DNA of 64,000 nt, from NCBI GenBank assembly GCA_963733035.1, contig CAVTBU010000005.1:1280001-1344000 (forward strand), read 5' to 3'. The notes under the pieces were generated by a model. The model made no database searches and was not told the origin of the DNA. It worked only from the letters and a program-made list of their open reading frames with translations. The position numbers and the translations under genes are program-made. This document shows, piece after piece, positions 55,638 to 64,000 of the stretch. Position 1 is the first letter of the stretch. Every line of letters begins with the position of its first letter. Source of the DNA: Pirellulales bacterium (GTDB taxonomy: Bacteria; Planctomycetota; Planctomycetia; Pirellulales; PALSA-1355).

Positions 55638-56682
55638 ATGAAGATCATCGTACCATGCTGTGGTCGCTCGAGCCGCTTTCCCGGCCAACCGCCCAAGTGG
55701 ACGCTGCCGGCGCACGACGGGCGTCCCATGCTGTGCCTGGCACTGTCCGGAATTCCGCTTTCGCTCGACGACCTGATTGTCACAATCCTCCGCGAGCACG
55801 AGGAAAAGTACGGCATCAGCGAGGGATTGACCGCGGCGTTTGGCCGGCCAATCCGGTTGGCAATTCTCGACCGGCCGACGCGTAGCCAATCGGAAACCGT
55901 GGCGTGCACAATCAAGCAGGTGGATTTGCAAGAACCGTTTTTCGTCAAGGACTCCGACGGCTATTTTGAATTTGACACGGTGGCCTACGAGCACAACTAC
56001 GTATGCGTGGATACGCTCAACAACTACGACCTGATCAATCCCCGCAACAAGAGCTACGTGCAAGTTGACGAAACGGACCGAATTACGACCATGCGAGAGA
56101 AGGTCGTCATTTCCGACTTGTTCAACGTCGGCGGCTACCACTTTACCTCGCCGAGCGAGTTCATGCGGTTCTATGATGCCCTTGCAAGCAAGGCCAGCGG
56201 CAGCGAATTGTATCTGTCGAATGTGATTTCCGCGATGCTCGCCGAGGGAGTTCCGTTCTTTGCGCCGGACCGCTGGCTACCAGGACTGGGGTACGGCGCA
56301 CGACTGGCGCCGTGCGCTGCTGGGTCGAAAAGCGTATTTTGTGTCCCTCGACGGATTTCTCTTCGAGCGCGGCTCGCGTTATTTTCATCCCCGTTTCGAG
56401 CAGGTGCGACCATGCGAACGCGCCGTGGCGGCGGTGCGGGAACTTGCCGACGCAGGTCATGACATCGTTTACTTGTCGATCCGCCCCCAATCGCTCGCAG
56501 CCGTGACACGCGACCAGATCAAAAATGCCGGCCTGCCCGTCGGCGAGATCGTCTGGGATTGCCCCGGGGCGCAATGGGTGATGATAACCGCGCCGCACGC
56601 CACGTTGCCATTCGCCACGGGCCGGGCGGTGGAGGTCTCCCCCGACGCATCCGACCTGCCGGCGAAATTCAAAGGCGAATAG
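55638..56682 (+). CDS. Nucleotidyltransferase-like protein with C-terminal degenerate HAD domain, frameshifted near 56263
   Basis: IIVPCCGRSSRF..PKW, TRSQSETV, KDSD, EK..IS and ELYLS in ORF 55638-56462. YQDWGT and FVSLDG continue in ORF 56260-56682. Confidence 0.75.
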
Positions 56683-56734
56683 TCACTCGCTGGAAAGCCC
56701 GACTCCACGGATCATCTTCGCACTGCGAGACACG

Positions 56735-57982
56735 TTGAATTCCAGGCCGCGAAAAGTCCTGCACGTTCTCAATAGTGCGACCGGCGGCGCCGCGCTGAGC
56801 ACGCTCGGGCTGATGCAGCGCTTTCGCCGTGAGGGAATCTTGGCGTGCGCCGTTTGCCACGACGCCGGCAGCCGGCAAGAGCGCGACGCCTTGCGCGAGA
56901 TGTGCGATGGGGAAGTCTGTTTCACGACTCTGTACTGGTGGAACAAGAAGATTCGCGTGCCGCGCTGGAAACGCCCTCTCAGTGAGATCAAGCAAATACT
57001 GCGCACCGGCTGGACCAAGAAATCAACTCGCACCGTCGCGGATTTCGCTCGCTCGCACCATGTCGATCTCATCCACACCAACACAATTCTCACGCCCGAG
57101 GGAGGCAACGCGGCCATGCAACTCGGCCTGCCACACGTCTGGCATGTGCGCGAATTGATCGGCGCGGGAACGCCCTTTCCGCTGGGGCTGTCCGAGGCGG
57201 CCCTAGGGCGCTACCTTGCGGCACACTGTTCCAAACTGGTCGCCAATTCCGAATCGACGGCCAGCCGCCTGCGTCCCTGGGTCCCGGCCGGCCTGCTCGA
57301 AGTCGTCTACAACGGTATCGACTTGGACCGATTTCAACCCCGCGAAGGCCCGGCCCAGCCCGACCGCCTGGTCGTCGGCATGGTGGGCAACCTGACGAGC
57401 CATTGGAAGAAACATCATCTGGTCGTCGAAGCAGCCACGCACGTCGACCGATCACTCCCGATCGAGTGGCGTTTTTATGGACACGATCCGTCGCACGGTG
57501 GAACGAAAACCGGCGATGCCTACGTCGACGCCATGCACGCCCGCCTGGCAACGACCGGCTTGAAGGACCGCTTTCACTTCCCCGGTTTTGTCGAGGATCC
57601 GGCGCAGGTCATGTCGCAGCTCGATATCCTGGTCCACCCGGCCGACCAGGAATCGTTTGGCCGAATAATCGTGGAAGCAATGGCCGCGGGCATCCCGGTT
57701 GTGGGAGTTCGCGGCGGTGCGGTCGTCGAGACCATCCGGCACGGCGTCACCGGCTATCTGGCAGAGCCGGACAATCCCGTGGAAATCGCCGCGTACATCG
57801 AGCGGCTGGCGCGCGACTGCCAACTGAGGACCGCGCTCGGCCAAGCCGGAAGGCAGCGAGCCTTGGCCGAGTACTCGCTCGACGCCAGCGCGGCCGGTAT
57901 GCTACGAGTTTACGAGCAGGCTATGGAACGTCCGCTGGGCCACCCGTCCGCCAAAGGAACTCAAATCACCGCCCACGGCTGA
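56735..57982 (+). CDS. GT4-family glycosyltransferase
   Basis: VYNGID and ESFGRIIVEAMAAGIPVV (EX7E). Confidence 0.9.
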   Translation: MNSRPRKVLHVLNSATGGAALSTLGLMQRFRREGILACAVCHDAGSRQERDALREMCDGEVCFTTLYWWNKKIRVPRWKRPLSEIKQILRTGWTKKSTRTVADFARSHHVDLIHTNTILTPEGGNAAMQLGLPHVWHVRELIGAGTPFPLGLSEAALGRYLAAHCSKLVANSESTASRLRPWVPAGLLEVVYNGIDLDRFQPREGPAQPDRLVVGMVGNLTSHWKKHHLVVEAATHVDRSLPIEWRFYGHDPSHGGTKTGDAYVDAMHARLATTGLKDRFHFPGFVEDPAQVMSQLDILVHPADQESFGRIIVEAMAAGIPVVGVRGGAVVETIRHGVTGYLAEPDNPVEIAAYIERLARDCQLRTALGQAGRQRALAEYSLDASAAGMLRVYEQAMERPLGHPSAKGTQITAHG

Positions 57983-58104
57983 CGCGGCGGCTCGAAATCC
58001 GAGCGCCACGAGATTAACGTCAACGTCGCGTAGACCAACCATCAACCTGCCGCCTCGGCTAACTGGGCTCGGCCTGTGTTTGCGGTGGAGGACATAACTT
58101 ACCC

Positions 58105-59163
58105 ATGAAGTTTTCGATTTGCATCCCGAACTACAATTACGAGAAGTACCTGGGCAAGACGGTCCAAAGCGTGCTCCATCAAGATGGCATCGACCTGGAA
58201 ATCCTGGTTTCGGACAATGCCAGTACCGACAAGTCCTTGGAGATCCTGCGAAACTTCAACGACCCGCGGATTAAGATCCACGTCAACGCGGTAAACGTCG
58301 GTTTCGCCGGCAACCTCGACCGCTCGGCCCGCATGGCCACGGGCGATGTGATGATCATGCTGTCGTCGGACGACTTGATCTGGCCTGGCGCCCTTTCCAC
58401 CTATCAAGCGCTGCTGGAGGTTGTTGCCAAGGACCAACCCACGATCGTAAGTTGCACGTTCGACGTTATCTCCGGCACCGACGAGAAGATCGACAAGTAC
58501 CCGCCCGATGGTGAACTTTGGACCGAGGCAGACCGAGTGCCCGATCTCGATAGCCTGGCAGGAGGCCCCGTATACCGAGTGGCCGGAGAGGAACTACTGA
58601 TGCGCTGCGTGCGGCGCATGCGAAATCCGTTCAACTTCGCGGCAACCTGCTACAGTCGAGCGCTGTACGACGCCGTGGAAGGCTACGGTGGCGGCCGCCT
58701 TTTCAATCCCGACAAATGGTTTCATTGGCGTGTGTTGGCAAAGACCCCGTACGCGTATTTCATCGACCGGCCGTTGTTCGCGTATCGCTGGCACTCGAGC
58801 AATCAATCGGCTCAGCAAAGCGCCGCCGGCGCCCTGAAGTTCCTGGTCGACGAATATGCCTCGACGCTCGAATTGGAGCCGGGAGTACTAAGTCGATTGG
58901 GGTTATCGCGCGACGACGTCCAGGAAGCGTTTGTCGAGTACGACATCGCCCGGCACGGTTTGGCCACCTTGGCGGGCGGTGGGCGATTGCGGGCGCGGCG
59001 CATTCTCGACTTTGGTCGCGCCGTCTATCCGCGGCAATGGCGGAAAAGTCGGCGGGTCAAAATGCTGCGGGCCCTGGTGGCAATGGGTCCGGTGGGAGAG
59101 AAGCTAGCGGCCCGGGCATATCGGGCCTATCGGTCGAAAAATGACCGGGGAAATCCTTTGTGA
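58105..59163 (+). CDS. GT2-family glycosyltransferase
   Basis: SICIPNYN, VSDNASTD, SDD and YRWH. Confidence 0.9.
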   Translation: MKFSICIPNYNYEKYLGKTVQSVLHQDGIDLEILVSDNASTDKSLEILRNFNDPRIKIHVNAVNVGFAGNLDRSARMATGDVMIMLSSDDLIWPGALSTYQALLEVVAKDQPTIVSCTFDVISGTDEKIDKYPPDGELWTEADRVPDLDSLAGGPVYRVAGEELLMRCVRRMRNPFNFAATCYSRALYDAVEGYGGGRLFNPDKWFHWRVLAKTPYAYFIDRPLFAYRWHSSNQSAQQSAAGALKFLVDEYASTLELEPGVLSRLGLSRDDVQEAFVEYDIARHGLATLAGGGRLRARRILDFGRAVYPRQWRKSRRVKMLRALVAMGPVGEKLAARAYRAYRSKNDRGNPL

Positions 59164-59247
59164 ATGCTACAATAGAAGAAATCGGAACGCCCTTGGCAAA
59201 TTGCCCCCCACACTGCCGGTTCCGCGCGGTGTTACCAGTCTGACGCA

Positions 59248-60560
59248 ATGAACGCTCCAACGTACTCCTCGCCTCCCGGGCATGTCATGCCTGGCCGCCA
59301 GCATTTGCTGGCGGCCAAGTCCGGCGTTTTGGGCTTATCGCTTAATGGGGTTATGCTGTTTTCGATCGGCGTGCTGGTCGTGGCCTCGGGCTACATGGCC
59401 TTGCGGCCCGAGATTATGGGCCTGGCGCTGCATCCGTCCCTGGTACCGATCGCCTTGTCGTTTCCGCTCGTTTTCTTATCTCGCATATCGCTCGTGCCCA
59501 CGCGAATTGTCGCATCGCTAACCGTCTTCGTGGGAATCTATTGTTTCTCGATCTTGAATGGCGGCGGCGTTGCGCTATCCGAGATGTTCAAGATTCTTGC
59601 GGCGGCGATCACGATTCTTACTTGCGCCTCTTGATACGCAAACGCGGAGACTTTGTCGCCGGCGTCTTGGGCCTGGGTATCGGAGTGGCCGCCTTGGCGC
59701 TGCCGGGTCTTTCAGAAGATGCGGCCGCTGGCGTCAACGTCATGGAGGGGGCGAACAAGAATACCTATTCGCTCTACGCGCTGCCGGCAATTCTGATGGC
59801 TGGCTTTGTGTGCATCCGCTGGAAGGGCGTTCCGCTGCTCATTAAGGGCGTCATGGTTGCCTGTGTGCTCGTCGAACTTTCCGCCATTTTCATGAGCGGA
59901 AACCGCTCCGGTTATTTGGGAGCGGTAATTGTCGGAATCATGCTCTTCTGGGATCAACGAGGCAAAGGTCTGCTGCTTGTGGGAGCCGTCGCCGTGACGA
60001 TTATAGCGGTGGTCGTCGGCACTGGGCGGACCGAGGTTTTCGATCGCCGCCTAGACCAGACGGTGAAGGGGAATGAAGCCGATGACTTGCGCGTGGAAAT
60101 CGCTCGAGCCTGTCTGAAGATGACCATGGAGAATCCCGTGATCGGTGTCTCCCCCCAGCGGCTGCCGATCGAGATCGCCCGCAATGTGGAGCATAGCCAC
60201 ATGCCCAAGCTTCTAGCACACAACGTCTTCGCCCACCTTGCCGCCGGTAGCGGTGTGTTTTGCATTGCTGCCCTCTTCGTATGTGGAGGGGCGATGTGGA
60301 CGTACGCACCAGGACTTGGCAAACTGGCGAAAGACGATCCCCTGTATGCCCCCAGACGCCTGCTACGGATGATGGTGATTCTGTGGGCGATACGCGGACT
60401 GTTTACCAGCGAAGTACTATACAACCCTTCGTTTTGCATCGCCATCGGGATGACGATCGGTATCTGCATCATCGCCCAACAAGAGCGAGAGCGATCGGGC
60501 GCTTTGGCGAAACGGCCATCGTACGACCCCAGGCTGGCCGCGCCCGGTATCGCACCATGA
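59248..60560 (+). CDS. O-antigen polymerase/ligase-family membrane protein (Wzy-like), frameshifted near 59628
   Basis: Hydrophobic ORFs 59248-59634 and 59541-60560 join with one added base at TGCGCCTCTTG; SGNRSG, R...NPVIGV and AHN motifs of the Wzy_C family. Confidence 0.75.
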
Positions 60561-61266
60561 CCAAGAGCTCCATCGGCGAGTCCCAGCGAATTCTTGCCGA
60601 ATACGAACGGCGAGATCGCGTTCTGCCGCGCGATTACTACGGCCTGCACCACCTTCCCAACTTGTTCCGACACCAGGAGCACGAAAGGACCCTGGTGCGA
60701 TGTTTGCAACACAGCCGACAGATTCCGTTCACGGACAAGCACATCCTCGATGTCGGTTGCGGCGAAGGCGATTGGCTGCGCGTGTTTGAAAGCCTGGCGC
60801 AAGTCAGCAGCTTCTTGCGGGAATCGAACTCGGACCGGACCGTGCCGCGACGGCACGCGAGCGGTTGCCCCAAGCCGATATTCGCGCTGGCGATGCCACG
60901 GCTCTGCCCTGGCCCGACGAAAGCTTCGATGTGGTGTTCCAGCGAATGATGTTCAGTTCCATCCTTGACGCCGATACTCGGCGGGCCGCCGCCAGCGAGA
61001 TGATGCGTGTCGCCCGCCCCAGTGGCGCCATCGTGTGGGTCGATTTTTTTGTCAATCCCACGAACCCCAACGTCCGACCGATCGGTCGCAAGCAGATCCG
61101 TGCGTTGCTCCCGGGTTGGCGGGGAACCTTCTATCGCACGACGCTTGCCCCGCCGCTGGCACGTCGCCTGGTGCCGATCTCCTGGACGTTCGCCCGACTG
61201 TTGGAATCCCTGCGAATTCTCAACACCTTTCATTTCGCCGTGTTCGTGCGGGAAGCCCACGCGTAG
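60557..61266 (+). CDS. Class I SAM-dependent methyltransferase, frameshifted near 60796
   Basis: ILDVGCGEG motif I. Adding one G restores LGASQQLLAGIEL...GDATALPWPDESFDVV...RVARPSG. Confidence 0.85.
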
Positions 61267-61307
61267 TCTCCACTCCAAACGATTGCCAATCGTGAGCTTG
61301 CCTGCTG

Positions 61308-62525
61308 ATGACTGAACGTGCCGCTCCCTTCCGCCTGGGCATCATCTGTTCCGTGCCCGCCGTGCGCGACGAGCAAGGACGTCTCACTTGCAATCACGCC
61401 ATTGGCCGACTTCTCGATGAATTACGACGTCAAGTGCCGGGCTGCGGGCTCTGCATTCCGGTATTGCCAAGCGGACAGAAGTCGATGCGACACGTCCTCG
61501 AATTCGAGCCGCACGAGATCACGGCAATGCCTCCGCTCAAGACCGTCATCGGCTCGCAACGGTACTTCTTTCGGACTCGCAAGATTGTGCGGCAATTTGC
61601 CAGTCGGTTCGACGTGCTCTTTGTGCGCGTCCCGTTTCAGGTTCCCATGGCCTTGCGCCATCTGAACAAGCCAAAGTTGCTGCACGTCATCAGCAATCCG
61701 TTCGAGGTGATTAACGCTTCAAGCGACTACCCTGGACTGATGGGAGTCTTGGCGCGGCGTTTTGCCGCTCACTCGAACGCCACGATGCGACGTCTCGCCG
61801 GCGAGCCGATGACCCGGGTTGCCAGTAACGGTCGCGAAATGTGGGAGCTGCTGCGAGCGAGCGCCGGCCGCATCGTCGTTTCCTCGTGTCTGCACGAGCG
61901 AGAAATGCGTCCCCGGGAGGATCTCACCCTAAACGAACCGCCCAAGTTGTTGTTCGTCGCGTATCTGCGTCCCGAGAAGGGAATCGAGGATCTGCTGAAC
62001 GCATTTGAATCGTTGCGCAAGCAGCGTCCACTCAAACTCACGTTGGTTGGCGGCACCGATCGCGCGACCAACACCGAGGCTCAAATCCTGGAGCGGATTC
62101 AACAAAGTCCCTACCGAGACGACATTTCGCTACCCGGAATGTTCGAATTCGGCGACCCGCTTTTCGATCAGTACCGGCAACATGATATCTTGATCGTTCC
62201 CAGCCTCTCGGAAGGCACGCCCCGCACAATCGTCGAGGCCCGCGCATTCGGCTGCGCCGTCGTAGCGACGCGCGTGGGAGGCATTCCCTCGTCGGTCACC
62301 GACGGTGAAAACGGACTACTGGTGCCCCCACGCGATCCCATGGCACTCGCGGCAGCCATCGAACGCCTGCTGACCGACGATGCCCTGCGCCGACGGCTGA
62401 TCGCACGCGGGTTGGAGGAATCAAAACAGCAAAGCCTGGAATATTTCACAGGTCAGTTGGTGGACGAGCTCAAGATCCTGGCGGACGAGAACCTACCCCA
62501 GAAACAGGCGTCCGTCGCCACCTAG
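61308..62525 (+). CDS. GT4-family glycosyltransferase
   Basis: EKG, PSLSEGTPRTIVEA (EX7E), TRVGGIP and GENGLLV. Confidence 0.9.
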   Translation: MTERAAPFRLGIICSVPAVRDEQGRLTCNHAIGRLLDELRRQVPGCGLCIPVLPSGQKSMRHVLEFEPHEITAMPPLKTVIGSQRYFFRTRKIVRQFASRFDVLFVRVPFQVPMALRHLNKPKLLHVISNPFEVINASSDYPGLMGVLARRFAAHSNATMRRLAGEPMTRVASNGREMWELLRASAGRIVVSSCLHEREMRPREDLTLNEPPKLLFVAYLRPEKGIEDLLNAFESLRKQRPLKLTLVGGTDRATNTEAQILERIQQSPYRDDISLPGMFEFGDPLFDQYRQHDILIVPSLSEGTPRTIVEARAFGCAVVATRVGGIPSSVTDGENGLLVPPRDPMALAAAIERLLTDDALRRRLIARGLEESKQQSLEYFTGQLVDELKILADENLPQKQASVAT

Positions 62526-62682
62526 CACTTACTCGTTTCGCCGCGAACCACAAACTACAATTGCCTGTCGTGGGGCCGCCCTGGACGGAAGCCCGTGGCT
62601 GCAACGATCAATTCGAACTGCCGGCGAAGCGGCCACTTGCTCGTATCTTCCTGTTCCGCGACTTTTGATTCGAGACTGCAAC

Positions 62683-63771
62683 ATGGCAGAAAACAGCGTT
62701 CGTCATCAGCCGACTGCCGAAGCCGATCCGACCGGCGACCCAGGCTCCCTGCCAATGGTCACGGTCGCCATGCCGGTGCTGAACGAAGAGAAGTTCATTG
62801 CCCGCAGCTTGGACCAGGTTTTGTCGCAGGATTATCCGTCAGACCGGATCGAGGTCATCGTGGCCGACGGCATGTCCAGCGACCGCACGCGGGAGATCGT
62901 CAGGGAATACGGAAAGGAGCATCCGCAAGTCCGGCTCGTGGACAACCCGGCTCGCTTTCGCGCGTCGGGCTTGAATATCGTCATCCAGGATTGCCAGGGC
63001 GACGTCGTGGTGTGTGTCGATGGGCATTGCGAGGTGGATCCCGATTTTGTTCGCCAGGGCGTGGAATTATTCCAGGAACATCCCGAAGCCTGGTGCGTGG
63101 GGGGGCCTACGAACCACGTCGGCCGAAATACGTTTGCCAAAGCCGTTGCGATTGCCATGTCGCACCGCTTGGGCGTCGGCACCGCCACGCACCGCTTTCC
63201 CGACTTCGAAGGCTACGCCGACGGCGTGCAGTTCCCTGCCTATCGCAAGTGGCTATTTGACAAGGTGGGGCTGTTTGACGAAGTCATGGTGCGCACCGAG
63301 GATGACGAACTGTCGTTCCGTATCGCCAAGGCTGGCGGCAAGACGTACGTCTCGCCGCGTGTGCGCTACAAATACTACGTCCGCGATTCAATCGGCAAGC
63401 TCTATCAGCAATACATGCAATACGCCTTTTGGCGGATTCCGGTCTTCAAAAAACATGGCCGCCCCACCACCGTTCGCCAAATTGTACCCATGCTGTTCTT
63501 CGCGACGATGCTGCTTCTACTTGTCGTGGGCTTGTTCCTCCAGCAGCCTGTGGTGGCATTCGCGCTGCCGGCCATTTATGTGACGGCATTGCTGCTGGTG
63601 GGAGTTTCGGTGATTCCTCGTGCCGGCCTGAAAGTCGCCTGCCTCGTGCCAGTCGCCATCGCCACGATGCACGTCGCCTATGCCTGGGGCATGGCCTACG
63701 GACTCTTCTCGGGCGTGTTTTTCCCGAAGGCATTCGACCCCAGCGGCGGAATGTCCCAGCAGAAGCGCTAG
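62683..63771 (+). CDS. GT2-family glycosyltransferase (ExoA-like)
   Basis: VAMPVLNEE, DGMSSD, VDGH, TEDDEL and QYMQY; C-terminal TM helices. Confidence 0.9.
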   Translation: MAENSVRHQPTAEADPTGDPGSLPMVTVAMPVLNEEKFIARSLDQVLSQDYPSDRIEVIVADGMSSDRTREIVREYGKEHPQVRLVDNPARFRASGLNIVIQDCQGDVVVCVDGHCEVDPDFVRQGVELFQEHPEAWCVGGPTNHVGRNTFAKAVAIAMSHRLGVGTATHRFPDFEGYADGVQFPAYRKWLFDKVGLFDEVMVRTEDDELSFRIAKAGGKTYVSPRVRYKYYVRDSIGKLYQQYMQYAFWRIPVFKKHGRPTTVRQIVPMLFFATMLLLLVVGLFLQQPVVAFALPAIYVTALLLVGVSVIPRAGLKVACLVPVAIATMHVAYAWGMAYGLFSGVFFPKAFDPSGGMSQQKR

Positions 63772-63789
63772 CCCATTGGCGAGACAACC

Positions 63790-64000
63790 ATGAAAGTGCC
63801 ATTCTTCCGTCCGGCCATCGGCGATGCAGAAATCAACGAAGTCGTCAATTGCCTGCGCTCAGGCTGGCTGACCACCGGCCCCACAACCAAACGCTTTGAG
63901 ACCGAATTCGCCGCGGCCGTTGGTGCCAGGCACGCGGTCGCCGTCAATTCGGCAACCGCCGCGCTTCATTTGTCGGCCGATGCACTTGGGCTCAAAGCCG
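63790..64000 (+). CDS. DegT/DnrJ/EryC1/StrS sugar aminotransferase, 5' part only
   Basis: Manual translation [61 protein letters not shown]..., open to the window edge. Confidence 0.92.
   Translation, partial: MKVPFFRPAIGDAEINEVVNCLRSGWLTTGPTTKRFETEFAAAVGARHAVAVNSATAALHLSADALGLKA

Overview
GC-rich bacterial chromosomal segment. It is most likely Planctomycetota (Pirellulales-like), inferred from the DUF11 lipoprotein, DUF1080 protein, dockerin plus PEP-CTERM protein and the recO-bamD-lptE-folP order. Positions 1-39 kb mix housekeeping genes (recO, bamD-like, lptE-like, folP, proA, trxB, asnS, glcDEF, a sugar ABC transporter, a ThiF/MoeB enzyme, a uvrA homologue) with accessory genes (ligD, a hybrid histidine kinase divergent from a REC-HD-GYP protein, an orphan FliM-like gene, a Ser/Thr kinase, secreted hypotheticals). 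Two micro-ORFs missed by the ORF track also lie here, one a 37-aa lipoprotein precursor. Positions 39.9-64 kb are a co-directional Wzx/Wzy-type surface polysaccharide cluster headed by a NusG/RfaH/UpxY-type antiterminator and running off the right edge. It contains two notable modules. The first is a nonulosonic-acid module: a short NeuB lacking the SAF domain, a CMP-synthetase-HAD fusion, two oxidoreductases, an epimerase/dehydratase and a candidate transferase, which together point to a Kdn-like, possibly undescribed, ulosonic acid. The second is a nucleotidyltransferase/kinase/HAD module of the BcbE/F/G type, associated elsewhere with fructosylated capsules. Six genes carry single frameshifts, most simply explained as sequencing or assembly indels. 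No rRNA, tRNA, CRISPR array or mobile element was recognised. All calls come from reading the sequence and motifs; no database searches were run.
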